From: Vicugna vicugna
Lineage: Eukaryota
Assembly (NCBI GenBank): GCA_013265495.1
Contig: MU058384.1
Span: 1,489,690 to 1,553,689 of the forward strand
Reading direction: 5' to 3'
DNA length: 64,000 bases
Translations under genes and position numbers: made by a program
The notes under the pieces: model-generated
Told to the model about the DNA's origin: nothing
Database searches by the model: none
Seen by the model: only the letters and a program-made list of their open reading frames with translations
Shown here: positions 26,704 through 40,240 of the stretch, piece by piece
Layout: each line of letters opens with the position of its first letter
Numbering within the stretch: the stretch's first letter is position 1

Positions 26704-26804
26704 GAAGAATATGAAAACAAATATATGTATGTATATACATGACTGGGACATTATGCTGTATAGCAGAAATTGACACATTGTAACTGACTATACTTCAATA
26801 AAAA
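26704..26804 (+). mobile_element. Second, ~100-bp copy of the same L1 3' terminus in tandem
   Basis: 'gaatatgaaaacaaatatatgtatgtatatacatgactgggacattatgctgtatagcagaaattgacacattgtaactgactatacttcaataaaaa' repeats, with mismatches, the end of the preceding element. Confidence 0.85.
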
Positions 26805-27207
26805 TTTTTTTTTAATAATGACTGAGAATTTCACCAAATTAATGTCAGACACCAAACCACAGATTCAGGAGATGTATTCAATTATGCATGCTTATGTAAA
26901 ATTGTATACTTATGCTTATGTGCAAGTAAAATGATTTACAACTATGATACAAGGGAAGGAGGAAAGAATTAGGATTATTTTATTATTATAAGGTACTCAC
27001 CCTACCCATAAAATGGTATAGTGTTATTTGAAAGTGGACTTGGATTAGCTATGAATGTATACTGCAAAATCTAGGGCAACCACAAAAAAAAAGTGCACAA
27101 AATAAGAAGTACAACAGATATGTTGAGAAAGGAGAAAAAACAGCATTATATAAACTGCTCAATTAGAAAGAGTGGAAGAAAAAAATAGAAACAAAAACAA
27201 GGGCAAC

Positions 27208-27634
27208 TTGGATGAACCTGGAAATCATTCTAAGTAAAGTGAGCCAGAAAGAGAAAGAAAAACACCACATGGTATCACTCATATATGGAATCTTAAAAAA
27301 AAAAAAAAGATACGAACTTATTTACAAAACAGAAACAGATCACAGACATAGACAACAAACTTAAACTTACAGTTATTGGTTGGCGGGGGAAGAGGGTAGA
27401 AAGGGATAAATTGGGAGTTCAAGATTTGCAGATACTAACTACTATGTATAAAATAGATAAATAATAAGTTTCTTCTGTATAGCATAGGGAACTATATTCA
27501 ATATCTTGTAGTAACCTATAATGAAAAAGAATACGAAAATGAATATATGTATGTATATGTATGACTGAAACATTATGCTGTATACCAGAAACTGACACAA
27601 TGTTGTAAACCGACTATACCTCAATAAAAAAAAA
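27208..27634 (+). mobile_element. Younger 5'-truncated L1 3' end with poly(A) tail and 15-bp TSD
   Basis: TSD aaaaacaagggcaac (27193-27207) / aaaaacaagagcaac (27635-27649); body homologous to 26261-26703. Confidence 0.92.
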
Positions 27635-29702
27635 AAAAACAAGAGCAACAAATAGAAAACAGTAACAAATACAGTAGATATTATCCAACTTTATCAATAA
27701 TCACCTTGAATATCAATGGTCTTAATGCATCAACTGAAAGGCAGAGATTGTTAGAGTAGATCACAAAACAAGATCCAACTGTATGTTATCTAAGAAAACC
27801 CATTTAAAATATAACGACATATATAGATTAAAAGTAAGTGGATGGAGGAAGATATACCATGGTAAGACTAATCAAAAATAATTAGGAATTGCTACATTAA
27901 TTTCAGATGAAGCAGACTACACAGCAAGAAAAGTTTTCAGGAATCAAAAAGAGTATTATATAATGATGAGGGGATCAGTCCTCCAAGAATATATAACAAT
28001 TCTTAACATGTATGCATCTAACAACAGAGTGTCAAGATATGTCAGGCAAAACCTGATAGAACTGCAAAGAGAAACAGATGAATCCATTATTATTGCTGGA
28101 AAATTCAACTCACCTGTATAAGAAATGGACAGATCCAGGAGACAGAAAATCAGTATAAGGACACAGTTGAACTCAAAATCACCATCAATCAACTGGATAT
28201 AACAGACATATATAGACTACTTCATCCAAGAACAGTAGAATACACATCTTCTCAAGTTAATCTGGAACATACACCAAGACAGACTATATTCTAGACCATA
28301 AAACATAACCTTAAAAAATTTAAAAGAATAGAAATCATACTATGTCTGCTCTCAGACTACTGGGAAATTAAACTAGAAATTAATAACAAAAAGATGGCTG
28401 GAAAACCCCAAAATACTTGGAGAATAAACAAGATACTCCTAAATAACACATGAGTCAAGGAAGAAATCTCAAGAGAAATTTTAAAATATTTTTAATTAAA
28501 TGAAAATGAAAGCAAAACATCAAAATCGGGGGGATGCAGTGATTGCAGTGCATAGAGGGACATTTATAACATTGAGTGCATATATTAGAAGTAAAGAAAG
28601 ATCTAAAATCAATCATCTAAGCTTCCACTTAGGAAACTAGAAAAATGAGGAACAAATTAAATCGAAAGTAAGCAGAATAAGAGAAATAACAAAGATTCAA
28701 GCAGAAAGCAATGAAGTTGAAAGTAAAAAATCAGTAGAGAAAATCAATGAAACCAAAAGCTGTTTTTTTTTAAAGATCAATAAAATGTATAAAATTGATA
28801 AGCCTCTAGCCAGGCTAAGGAAAAAAGAGAAAGGATACAAATTACTAATATAAAGAATGAAAGAAGGGGTATCACCACAGATTCCATGGACATTAAAAGC
28901 AAATAAATACTATGAATAACTCCATGTGTATGAATTTTATAACCTAGATGGAATGGACTAAAATTTCTTGAAAGACATAATCTGTCAGAACTCACAAAAG
29001 AAGAAATAGGAATCTGAATAAAATTATATCTGTTTAAAAAATTAATTAATAGCTAATAACTGTCCAAAACAGAAACCACCAGGCTCAGGTGGCTTCACTG
29101 ATGAAGACTACCAAACATTTAAGGATAAAATTATACCAGTTCTGTGCAATTTCTTTCAGAAGACAGAAGAGAGGGAATACTTCATGACTCATTCTATGAG
29201 GCCAACATTACTCTAGTATCAAAATTAGACAAAGATATTATAAGAAAACTACAGACCATTATGTCTGATAAAAATAGATGCAAGAACCCTCAACAAAATA
29301 TTGGCAAATCAAATCCTATAATGTATAAAAAGATACACCATGACCAAGTAGAATTTACCAGTTATGCAAGGCTGGGTCAACATTTGAAAATCAATTAATG
29401 TAACTCATTATATCAACAGACTAAAACAAAAATCCCATGGTCATAGTAATAGATGTAAAAAAGCATTTGGCACAATCCAATACCCATTCATGATTTAAAA
29501 AAAAATTCTCAGTAAATTAGGAATAGAGTGGAACTTCCTCAACTTGATTAAAAACGTCTACCAAAAACCTACAACTAGTATCACACTTAAGGATAGAAAC
29601 TCAAAGCTTTTCCACTAAGATCAGAAACAAGGCAAAGACATCCCTTCTCACCACTGATTTTCAATATTGTCCTAAAAGTCTTAGCTAACGCAAGAAAGGA
29701 GA

Positions 29703-29703
<1 letters not shown>

Positions 29704-29743
<40 letters not shown>
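29704..29743. repeat. Pure poly(A)40
   Basis: Uninterrupted A run inside the L1 ORF2 remnant. Confidence 0.95.
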
Positions 29744-29749
<6 letters not shown>

Positions 29750-31920
29750 GAAAAGAAATTCACACAGATTGGGAAGGAAGAAATAAAACTGTCTTTTTTT
29801 CACAGATGACATGATCATCTATGTAGAAAATACAAAAGAACTGACAACAAAAAAAAAACTTCTTAACTAATAAACAATTATAGCAAAATTGCAGGATACT
29901 AGGTTAATATACAAAAGGCAATTCCTTTCCTATATACCAGCAATGAACAAGTGGAATTTGAAATTTAAAACACAATACTATTTACATTAACACCCCCAAA
30001 ATAAATTATTTATGTATAAATCTAACAAAATGTGTACAAGGTCTATATGAGGAAAACTACAAAACTCTGATAAAAAAATTTAAAAAAAATAAATGAGAGA
30101 TACTCATGTTAATGAATGGGAAAACTCAATATTGTCAATATGTTAGTTCATCCCAACTTTATCTATAAAGTCAATGCAATTTCAATCAAAATTATGGTAA
30201 GTTATTTTGTGGATATTGACAAACTGATCCTAAAGTTTGCATAGAGAGGCAAAACACCCAGAATATCCAACACAATACTGAAGGAGAAGAACAGAGCTTA
30301 AAGACTGGAATTAACCACATTCAAGACTTACTATTAAGCTATAGTAATCAAAAGAGTGTGGTGTCAGCAAAAGAACATACAAATAGATCAATGGACCAGA
30401 ACAGAGAACCCTGAAATAGAACCACATATGCATAGTAACTGATCTTTGACAAAGGAGAAAAGGCAATATAACAGAGAAAAGATAGTCTTCTTTTTTGAAA
30501 TTTAAGTTTTTGAGACTTCAATTTTTGAAATACATAACTTCTACAGCACAAATGGTGCTAGAACACTGGACATCTACATTCCAAAAAAAAAAAAAAAAGA
30601 ATCATCTTCCCCCGAAAATTAACTCAAAATGGATCACAGATCTAACTATAAAAATGCAAAACTATAAAAGTCCCAGAAGATAGCATGGGAGAAATTTAGA
30701 TGACCTTGGGTTTGGTGATGACTTTTTGATACAACACTGAAGGCACGATGCATAAGGAAATAACTGATATGCAAGACTTCATTAAAATTAGACATTTCTG
30801 TTCTGTAAAAGAAAGGCACTGTCAAGAGAAAAAAAAAAAAGACAAGCCACAGACTAGAAAAAACCTTATACAAAAGACCTATCTGATAAAGGACTATTAT
30901 CAAAAATTTTTAATGAAAAATTAAAACTTAACAGTAAGAAAAAAAAACAACACAATTTTAAAAAATGAATCGAAGACTGGAACACCACAGGAAAGATGAT
31001 ACACAGATGACTGATAGGCATGTGAAAAAATGCCCCATCTTACATGTTATCAGGGAAATGCAAATTACAACAACAGTGAGATTCCACTTCATGCCTATTA
31101 GAATAGCCCAAATCCAGAACACTGAGAATACTAAATGCTGGTAAGAAGGTGGAGCAACTGGAATTCTCATCCATTAGTAGGAATGCAGAATGGTACAGCC
31201 ACATTGGAAGACAGTTTGCGTTACCATATATGACCCAGCAATTGTGCGCCTTGGTATTTACCCAAAGGAGTTGAAAACTTATATACATACAAAAGCCTGC
31301 ACATGGACGTTTGTAGTAGCTTTATTCACAACTGGCAAAACTTGTATGTAACTAAGATGTCCTTCAGCAGTTGTATGGATAAATAAAGTGTGATACATCC
31401 AGAAAATGGAATATTATTCAGTCCTGAAAAAAATAAGATATCAAGCCATGGAGAGAATTTAAATACATATTATTAAGTTAAAGAAGCCAACCTTAAAAGG
31501 CTACATATTATATGATTCCAACCGTATCTAACTCAACGAAAAGGCAAACTCTGGAAACAATAAAAAGGTCAGTGGTCACCAGGGATTGGGGGGAGGACAG
31601 GAGGAATGGGCAAGTATAGAGGATTTTCGAGCAGTGAAACTATTCTGTGTGGTAGTATAATGGTGTGTACCTGTCGTAAATCTGTCCAAACCTATAGAAT
31701 ATACAATACCAAGAGTCAATCTTAATATAAACTATGGACTTTGGGTGATACTGTGTCAACCAATGTAGGTTCATCACCTGTAATAAATGTACCACTCTGC
31801 AGGGGGATGCTGATGATGGAGGAAGCTATACACATGTGGGGGCAGAGGCATATGAAAAATCTCTGTACCTTCCTATTTTGCTGTGAACCTAAAACTGCTC
31901 TAAAAAGATAGTCTATTTTT

Positions 31921-31960
31921 AAGAATCCCCACAGATTGGCTACTACATTGAACAGTATGT
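31921..31960 (+). mobile_element. MER3 right-hand remainder
   Basis: 'ccacagattggctactacattgaacag' resembles the MER3 terminus; followed by ttctagag (31961-31968), a 7/8 match to the left target site. Confidence 0.7.
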
Positions 31961-33739
31961 TTCTAGAGCATTTTAGCAAGACAGAATTGAAAGCAGGTCG
32001 GGGGTGAAGCCGTCAGATAAAGACGACTGCCCTCCAGTCTTCCTCCTTATTCAGGTTTATGTGCTGGCCATTTTAGTTTTAGAGCTCCAGGACTCCAGAG
32101 CACTCAGCTCTCAGGAAACTTCTTTTCACTCCCATTCATCATCCTATAAGAGCTCTTTTATTAAATAGATGTGTTTAAAATCTAAATCCAGTTAACAAAG
32201 CAATGGGATGACCTTATTTTAAACCAAGTTACTCTGAAACTAAAAGAGTTCAGAATCAATGGAGAATGTAAATAGTTAAACAATTTCATAGAAAGATTAT
32301 TTATTTTACAAACTGATAGGTTTCTCATATGAGTTATTAGAAAAATACTATAATTTGACTGGTAGCAGTGGAAAATCATTTTTAATGATGGAAATGGAAA
32401 AACTTTAATACAGATTTTTTTAATGAGAGTTTATTTGATTTTCCCTTTGCATAAATGGATTTTATGTACTGAGAAAGTAGCTAATTTTGATAGATATGAC
32501 GGGAATTGGTTTTACAACTGATGGCTACTGGAGCCAGCTTTCTCATTCCAATTTCTTTTCTGAAACTTCCAATTGAAGATGACATCAATATTTATGTGAA
32601 CTGGGAAAAGGAACCAAGGCACAAGGTACATAAAACTGATTAATGTAAACGGGCAAGGAAAACCCTAAAATCAAATCTAATGATCCATCAAACAGTCACT
32701 CTTCTTAATACTGTGAATGTTGCCAATTTAAGGTAACAACTAAAATCACGTAAGGTACCAGAGGATAACAAATATGTTGCTATCAAGAAATGAAGCTTTA
32801 AAAGCTTATTAAAAATCAAAAAGCCAAAGAATGAGAGTGAACTCTTGGAACAGAACTGGCATCGTTCTCAAATCACCTGAATACCTTAGAGAGGCTTGCC
32901 TGCCTGTGTGCCATATTTCAATTAGCTTCACTTACAAAATCGCCCCATGCCACAGTTCAGGATGCAGCTGAGAAATCAACCTGTTTGACGTACAGATGAT
33001 AACCTAATTTGGACTATTTTTATCTACTTTGTAATTCAAGTGATGCATGCTGTATATTATTTCCCTAAGAGTCAAAATTATATTTAGAATTAAAATTGGT
33101 TTTATGTAGTTCAAGTTATTGCACCTGAAAGCAATGAGTCATGCATCAGAAGTACACAGATTTGGGAGGCAAATATGGAACCATTAACTACTCAGTGAGA
33201 GCTTGCTCAGCCCCTTAGCTCTAAGAATAAGCTTTAGAAATGCTGGACAGTTAATGTGGATTGTAACAAGGTCACTTTTGTTCCTTTTCAAAGGCACTAT
33301 GGGCTCTTTGTCTTCTACCTTAAGGCCCCAGGACAGAATCAGGCTTGAAGAAAGTTTCACATAGCTTTTTATTTTGTCCTATACTGCACCTCATATGTCA
33401 AGGTGACAGTACTGACCCACCTTCCAGGCACAGTTTTGAGTTATTTTTCCTTCGAGTGGAAGTGGATGTGCAATGTTTTTTGTCTACATTTTCTGTTACC
33501 TCATAACCCCAGATGTGGAGGGCATTACAAAAAAAACAGAGAGAGGGAAAGACAGAGAGACAAGAAAAACAGACAGAAAGAGAGAGAGTGAGATTGTCTG
33601 GCTCATGCAGACTTTTAACCCATGACTCAGTTCTCACTACCACATAGTTCTAATCTACTGGACTAACCAAACAGACATCAAACAGCCTACAATAAAATAT
33701 CTACCTTTCACTATCACAGTTACACTTATGGAATGGAAG

Positions 33740-33940
33740 ACAGAGGTGAATTCAAGCACCTACTCTGTTATTCACTGTGCTCATTTCCTTTTATATGTCT
33801 TCCATTTAATCCTCACAGAAGTCTTATGAGGATGGCACTCACAATGTGAAAATAGAAGCCTGAGCAGCTAAGCATGTTTTCCCAGGTCACGTAACTATTA
33901 GAAAAAGGGGCCACAATTAAAACACAGGTCAGTATGACCA
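33740..33940 (-). mobile_element. MIR SINE
   Basis: 'ttccatttaatcctcacagaagtcttatgagg...ttttcccaggtcacgtaacta'. Confidence 0.7.
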
Positions 33941-34214
33941 CAAATCCCCTCCTCCCTCACTCTCCCATCGCAGCTCACAGTGTGTCTCCCGACCTCTCCA
34001 ACTTGTTTTACTCTCTGCATCACTTGAAAAAGAGGAAAAATGTATTACCAAGAGTGAGATGTCTGTTATTCTTTTTTTGGTCACAAATTCCTGTGAAAAC
34101 TGTATCAAGAGCTTTGAAAACCAAAAGGGTCTTCAAAATCACATATTATTTGGGGAATTCCAAAAGAACCCAACTTCTTACCCTTCTTCCAAAATGTTTC
34201 TACATTCAAATATA

Positions 34215-34310
34215 CCACAACTCTAGATCAGATGCCCCTATGTTTGATCATTAAAATCAAATCCACAACTCTAGATCAGATGCCCCTATGTTTGATCATT
34301 AAAATCAAAT
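34215..34310. repeat. Perfect 48-bp tandem duplication
   Basis: ccacaactctagatcagatgcccctatgtttgatcattaaaatcaaat at 34215-34262 and 34263-34310. Confidence 0.97.
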
Positions 34311-34314
34311 GCCA

Positions 34315-34466
34315 GGGGAAAATTATAGCTCAGTGGTAGAGTGCACGGTTAGCATGAGGTCCTGGGCTCAATCCTCAGTACCTCCATTAAAATAAATAAA
34401 TCAACCCTTACCTACCCCCCTAGAAATAAATAAACAAAAATTAAAAACATTAAAAGATAAATTTAA
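34315..34466 (+). mobile_element. tRNA-Ala-derived SINE (camelid vic-1 type) with A-rich tail
   Basis: A box 'tagctcagtggtagag', degenerate B box 'gggctcaatcc', 'agtacctcca'; TSD aaaatcaaatgcca (34301-34314) / aaaatcaaatacca (34467-34480). Confidence 0.88.
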
Positions 34467-34639
34467 AAAATCAAATACCATAAGGAAGTACGTAATTAAT
34501 ACCAATTGATGAGAACTAAGAAAAAATAGAAAAGCACACTCAGGCAAAGTCATAGTCATGATTATGAAATAAGAAATCAAAAAGGAGAGATTTATCTCTT
34601 AAAAGCAGTTCTCAAAAGTGGTCAGTCTGAAAAATTATA

Positions 34640-37600
34640 CTTCCAACTGTGACACAGTTCTTTCATAATAATTCTCCTGTTCAGAATAGGCCAACTCTCA
34701 GATTAAAAAAAAAAAAAGATAACATTACAAGCAAAAATGTTTAAAGATGTCAGAGATTCACCAAGACTTCAGAACTTGAGAGGCCAATATTCCAGAGAGA
34801 AAGGCAATGCACAGAGGTAAGTGTGATCCTCTCTGTCACTTCTATTCTTAAAATATTTACCTATTCACGCATGGCATGGGGCTGAGTACCCAAGCAGAAA
34901 ATGGCAACCCAGAAGTGTGAGTAAATTCATAAGTCTGTAGAGACCAAAATGAATTATGAGACTACTAAAATGGTCAACAATAAGAGATCCAGATTTTGGA
35001 GAAAAGGGAACCATAAGGAAGAGAGTTCAACATTTCAACATTCTGCACCACATCTTCTCTCTTAGCATGGAAGCAGTAGAATAGGGCATACCAAGGAGAA
35101 GAGACTCTGGGAAATTTCTCACATTTTCAGTTAAGACCTATGAAGGAATAGATCTAGGAGTGAGGGCAAACCAGAACTGGATCAGCACAAAAGGATTCAA
35201 ACATGAGCTGCAATCAGCTCAATTCTTGATTAAATCAAGATGATCCTCCATTCCTCTAAATACCTGGCACAAATAAAGCCAATTCTCTCTGGAAGTAAAC
35301 AAAATAAGATAGACACAGAATGTCTGGCATTCAGTCCAAAACTACAGGCATACCAGAAGATAGGTTCAAAGAGCCAAAATCTAAAATAAAAACCTAGACA
35401 ATAGAAACAATCACACTGCAAATAAACATAAAATTGGAGTTAAGCAGACGCTGATTTTAAAAGTTGTGGTTACTATATTTAAGAAAATATATAAGATGAA
35501 GAATGCACCAAGGAACTGGAATCCATGAAAATTAATCATATTGAAATTCAAAAAGTAAACCAAAAATAACTGAAAATAATATCCCATGGCATATTAGATA
35601 CAACAGAAATGAGGAACATTACACTGAAAGATAGATCAGTAAAATATACCAAGTATGAAAAATGATGGAAAATATAAAAAAGAGTAAATGGAACATGATG
35701 AAATGGTCTAACATGTCTATAATTGGGATCCCAGAAGGGATGACAGAGAAAATGGGGCAGAAGCAATGTTTGAAGAAATAGTTACCAGAATTATGTAATA
35801 TACCACCAACTCACAGATTCATGACACCCCAAGTGGGACGCAGGCAGAGAAAATTCATTAACTAGGCACATAATATTTAAATCACTAAATACTAAAGACA
35901 AAGAATATTTTAAAAGCAGCCAGAGTGAAAAAGCACATTACTTCAAAGGAGCATTAACAAAAGTGACAGTTGACTTTTCAACAGAAACTAAGTGAACTTA
36001 AGGAAAAAAATAATTAACAACTTTAAAATGTTGAAATAAGATAACTGTCAACCTAGAATTCTATACCAGGAAAAAGGAAAGCCATATTTTTAGACCAAAA
36101 GAAAAAAAAAATCTAAGGTGAATTTTCTTCACAGCCCCATATGAAAAGAACGTTTTCTTGGCAAAAGAAAAATAATTTCAGAGGTAGAACAAAGCAGGCA
36201 GAAATGAAGACCAATGAGAAAAGTAAATAAGTGGACAAGAATAAATAAATATTGGTTGTATAAAACAATAGTGATGCTTTGTGGAGTTTAAAATACATAG
36301 TTACATACTTGAAAAAAGTAACACAAAGGTAAGAGGAAGTAAATGGCATGAAAATAATGTAAAGACCTCATATTTTCTGTGAAGTGACAAAAAAGTACAA
36401 AGTTATAATATGTAAACTATAATAAACATAGAAATTGTGTTGTACTCTCTAAAACCACTAAGACAATAGTTTGCAAAGCACAACTGAAATATGTATAACT
36501 AACTAACAGAGAGGAAAGTCTAATCATAAAACATCTTCTACTTAGTACAAAGGAAGACAAGTTGAAAAACAAGAACAAACACAAATGGGACAAATAGTAT
36601 GAAACAGTAAGATGGTCAGTTTAAACTCAATTATATCAAGTTACATAAAGTACAAATAAACTAAAAACTCCAATTAAAATGTAAAGATTTTCAAGCTAGA
36701 TTTTCTTTAAAAAACCAGCGTTATGCTATTTACAAGAGACACCTTTAGATGCAAGTACACAAATTATTGAATATAAAAAGATGAGAAAATATCTACCATT
36801 GACATATTGACCAAAATAAAACTGATTTTACCATTATCAAGCCAAATATATCTTAAGGCAGGAATTGCTAGAGATAGAGAAACATTTCATTAAAACAAAA
36901 GAGTAAATCCACCAAAAAGATGTAAGAATTCTAGAAATATATGCACATGGATTCAAAATATGTAAAGTAAATATCAATAGTACTAAGAGAAAAAAATAGA
37001 AAAGTTCACAAAAAAATATTTGGACAGTTTAGTATATCTCTTTCCCAAGAAGAACAAAAAAAAATTGCAGAGATGATAGATTGGAATAACATACTTGGCC
37101 TAACTGATCTATATAGAACACCATTTCCAACAACTATAGAATAGTTTCTTTTTTTCCAAATACGTGTGAAGCATTTGCCAAAGTGACAGTATGCTGGGAA
37201 TTTTTTTTAAATTCTCCAAAAGTTTCAGAAGATATAAAATTATATGAGTATGTTTACCGACAAGAGTAAATTTAAGCTAGAAATTAACAACAAAAAAGAA
37301 TTAAAACATTCCCAAATGTTTGGAAGGTCAGCAATACTTCTGTAAAATAATTCAAAATAAAGAAAAAATGTAAAAGGAAATTAGAAAATATTTTGGACAT
37401 GACAGTTATCAAAAAGCAACATATCAAAACTCGTAGAATATAGCTAAAGTAGTCCCTAGGAGATTTCTAATAATAAATACATACATTGGAAAAGAAAAAA
37501 GGCAAAAAAATCAATGATCCACATGCTCACTTCAAGAACTAAGAAAAGAACAGGAAATTGATTCTGAAAAAAAAATACAGGCAAATAAATAATAAAGATA

Positions 37601-40240
37601 AGAGCACAAATTCATAAAATAGAAAACAAATGTGCAATAGAGAAAATCAATAAAACTTAAAGTTGCTATTTTGAAAAGATAAACCTTAGTAGCACTGAAT
37701 AAGAAAAAAAAAAAAGATGATTCAAATTACCAAATTGCAGAAAAGGAAAACATAACTACATACCTTAGAAACATTAAAAATGGTAAGAAGGATATTATAA
37801 ATAATTTAATGTCAATACATTTGAACAATGAGGTAAAGTGAAAAAAAAAATCCTTTAGAAAACACTTTACCAAATCTGACACAGAAGAGAGAAAAATCTG
37901 AATATACCATTAAATAAAATAAATCTATAATTAAAAAACCTTCCTGCAAAGAACAATCAAGGTGCAATTATCCTCACTATTGAATTACTTTCAACATTTA
38001 AGAAAAAAAAACTTACACAAATTCATGAAAAGAACAGAAAAAGGGAGAACTCTTCTCAGCTTGTTTTACTAGGCTGTCATGACCTTGACATCAACACCTG
38101 GCAAAGACATTTAAAGAAAGGAAAATTATAGGCCAATTTCCCTCAAGAATGTGGGTGTAAAAGTCTTGAACAAAATATCAGCAAAACAAATCCAGCTATA
38201 TATAAAAAGAATTATAAATTAGGAATCCTTTTTATTCTGGAATGTAAAGGAGAAAAAAATATGACCATCTCAATTGATACAATTCAACTGACAAAATTCA
38301 ACAAATTCAATATGTCCATGGCAAAAATGTATAGCAAATCAGGAACAGAAGGAAAATCTTTTAACATGATAAAATGTAGTTCAAAGTCCTAGGGCAAAAA
38401 TCAAGCTTAGCTAAATATTAAAAGCTTTATTTTTTCCATTCAGGTACAAAAAATAAGGACACTTGCTACCAACTTCTGTAAATTATGTTACAGTGATTCT
38501 TAATCAAAGTGATAAGGTGAGAAAAAGAAAATAAATATAATGGTGGAAAAGAAAGAAATAAAACTACTGCTACTCATGATGATATGATTGTCCATTTAGA
38601 AAAACAAAAACAAAAAAAAATCTGTAGTAAATTATTAAATTTATTGTGTGAATTTAGCAAGGTTGCTGGATATTAAAAACATACACAAATATCATTTGTA
38701 TATACAAATAATATATACAAAAATAATAAAATGAAACTTTTAATTGATACTATTTAACATAGCATTAAAAATATCAAATACTTAGTCTACTGAAATACAT
38801 GAAAGTCTTTACATTAAAAAGAACAAAACATTACTGAAGGAAAATATGAAGTCTTAAATAAACGGAGGTATATATCATGCTTGGGATACCATTCAATAGT
38901 GTAACAATGTCAATTTTCCCCAAGTTAACTTCTACATTTAAGAAAAGTCAATCAAAATCCCAGTAGGATTTTTTTTGTGTGTAGAAATCAACAAGCCAAT
39001 TCTAAAATGTATATGAAAACACAAAGAGCCAAAAATGACCAAGACAGTCTTGAAGAAGAAAAAGGTGGGAGAATTTAAGCTACTAGATACCAAGACTCAT
39101 TCTAAAGCTCTTATAATTAAAGTAAAAAACAGTATGATATTGGGACAAAGATTGGTATTAAACCCATTAATCAGAATAAAGAGTCTAACACTAGACTTGC
39201 TGAATTAGAGTGAAGAGAACAGATAATCTTTTTCTAAAATTGATGCTGGTTTGTCTATCCATGTGGGACAAAAGTAATAACCGCTACAATATTCTAGAGA
39301 CAAAAATCAATTCCAGGGGATTTTATACCTAAATTTTATCTTTTCAGGACAAAACAACAGGCCTTTTAGAAGAAAACATAAAAGAATACTTTTACAATCC
39401 TAGCCTAGACAAAGATTTCTTATACATGACACAAATAGCATTAACTATAAAGGAAAAGATTGAAAAAATGGACTGTATTAAAATTAAGAACTTCTATTTA
39501 TCAAAAGTGATCATTAATAAAAAGGCAAGCCACAGAGAGGGGAAAGATGTTGATAATACATATATTCAACTTGAGATTCTTGTCCAGATATACATACATA
39601 CATACTCAGATATATATATATAGACAGAGTGAGTGTGTGTGTTTATTCCTTCAGAACGGCAAGCAAAAAACAGAAAACTGTCTTACTCTATGACTTATTC
39701 TAACAGAAACTATCTTACTCTGTGATTTAGAAATTCCTCTCCTACATGTATACCCAATAAACTAATACATATGTGTCCAAAGAAAAGTACAAGGATGTTT
39801 ATAACTGCATTATTCATAGTAACCAAAACCTAGGAACAACCCAAACTTCACTAAAAAGTGGAATACATAAATAATAGAATCCTATACAACAATTAACATA
39901 AATGAAATAACTGTTGAATGAACCAACATGGATGAATCTCAGGAATGTTAATACTGAACAAGAACAAAAGAAGGCAGGCACAAAAGAGTGCATGGTATAT
40001 GACTCCAAGCATACAAAATTCAAAAACAAGCTCCAAAAAAGTGTTGGTTGAATTTAAAAGAATAGATACCCTTGATGAAGTGGGACTAGTAGGAAAGCAA
40101 GAGAACCTTCTGGAGGGCAGAAGTTTCTTTTTCTTGATCTACATGGTGCTGGCATAGGTAAACTCACTGTGAAAATTCATTGAGTTGCTCACTTATGATT
40201 TGTGTATTTCACTAAATATTTATTATACTTTAATAAAATA
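34640..40240 (+). mobile_element. Old, long decayed LINE-1 (L1ME-like)
   Basis: ORF1-like remnant ('tgtcaacctagaattctatacc' ~36045), ORF2 remnants including 'DDMIVHLE' (~38580), 3'UTR 'gtgaaaattcattgagttgctcacttatgatttgtg...tatactttaataaa'; 5' boundary approximate. Confidence 0.85.

Larger units (their letters stand above)
24930..31920 (+). mobile_element. Near full-length decayed LINE-1, L1MC1-like (5'UTR, partial ORF1, ORF2, 3'UTR)
   Basis: Endonuclease start IITLNINGLN (~27695); RT remnants 'DSFYEANITL' (ORF 29144-29398) and '[11 protein letters not shown]' (~29800-29830); 3'UTR 'aaactatggactttgggtgata...ttttgctgtgaacctaaaactgctctaaaaa' typical of L1MC1; many stops and frameshifts. Confidence 0.92.

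Noticed and set aside
27690..31450. Active L1 ORF2
   Set aside because: Numerous stops and frameshifts; the longest sense fragment in the track is 84 aa.
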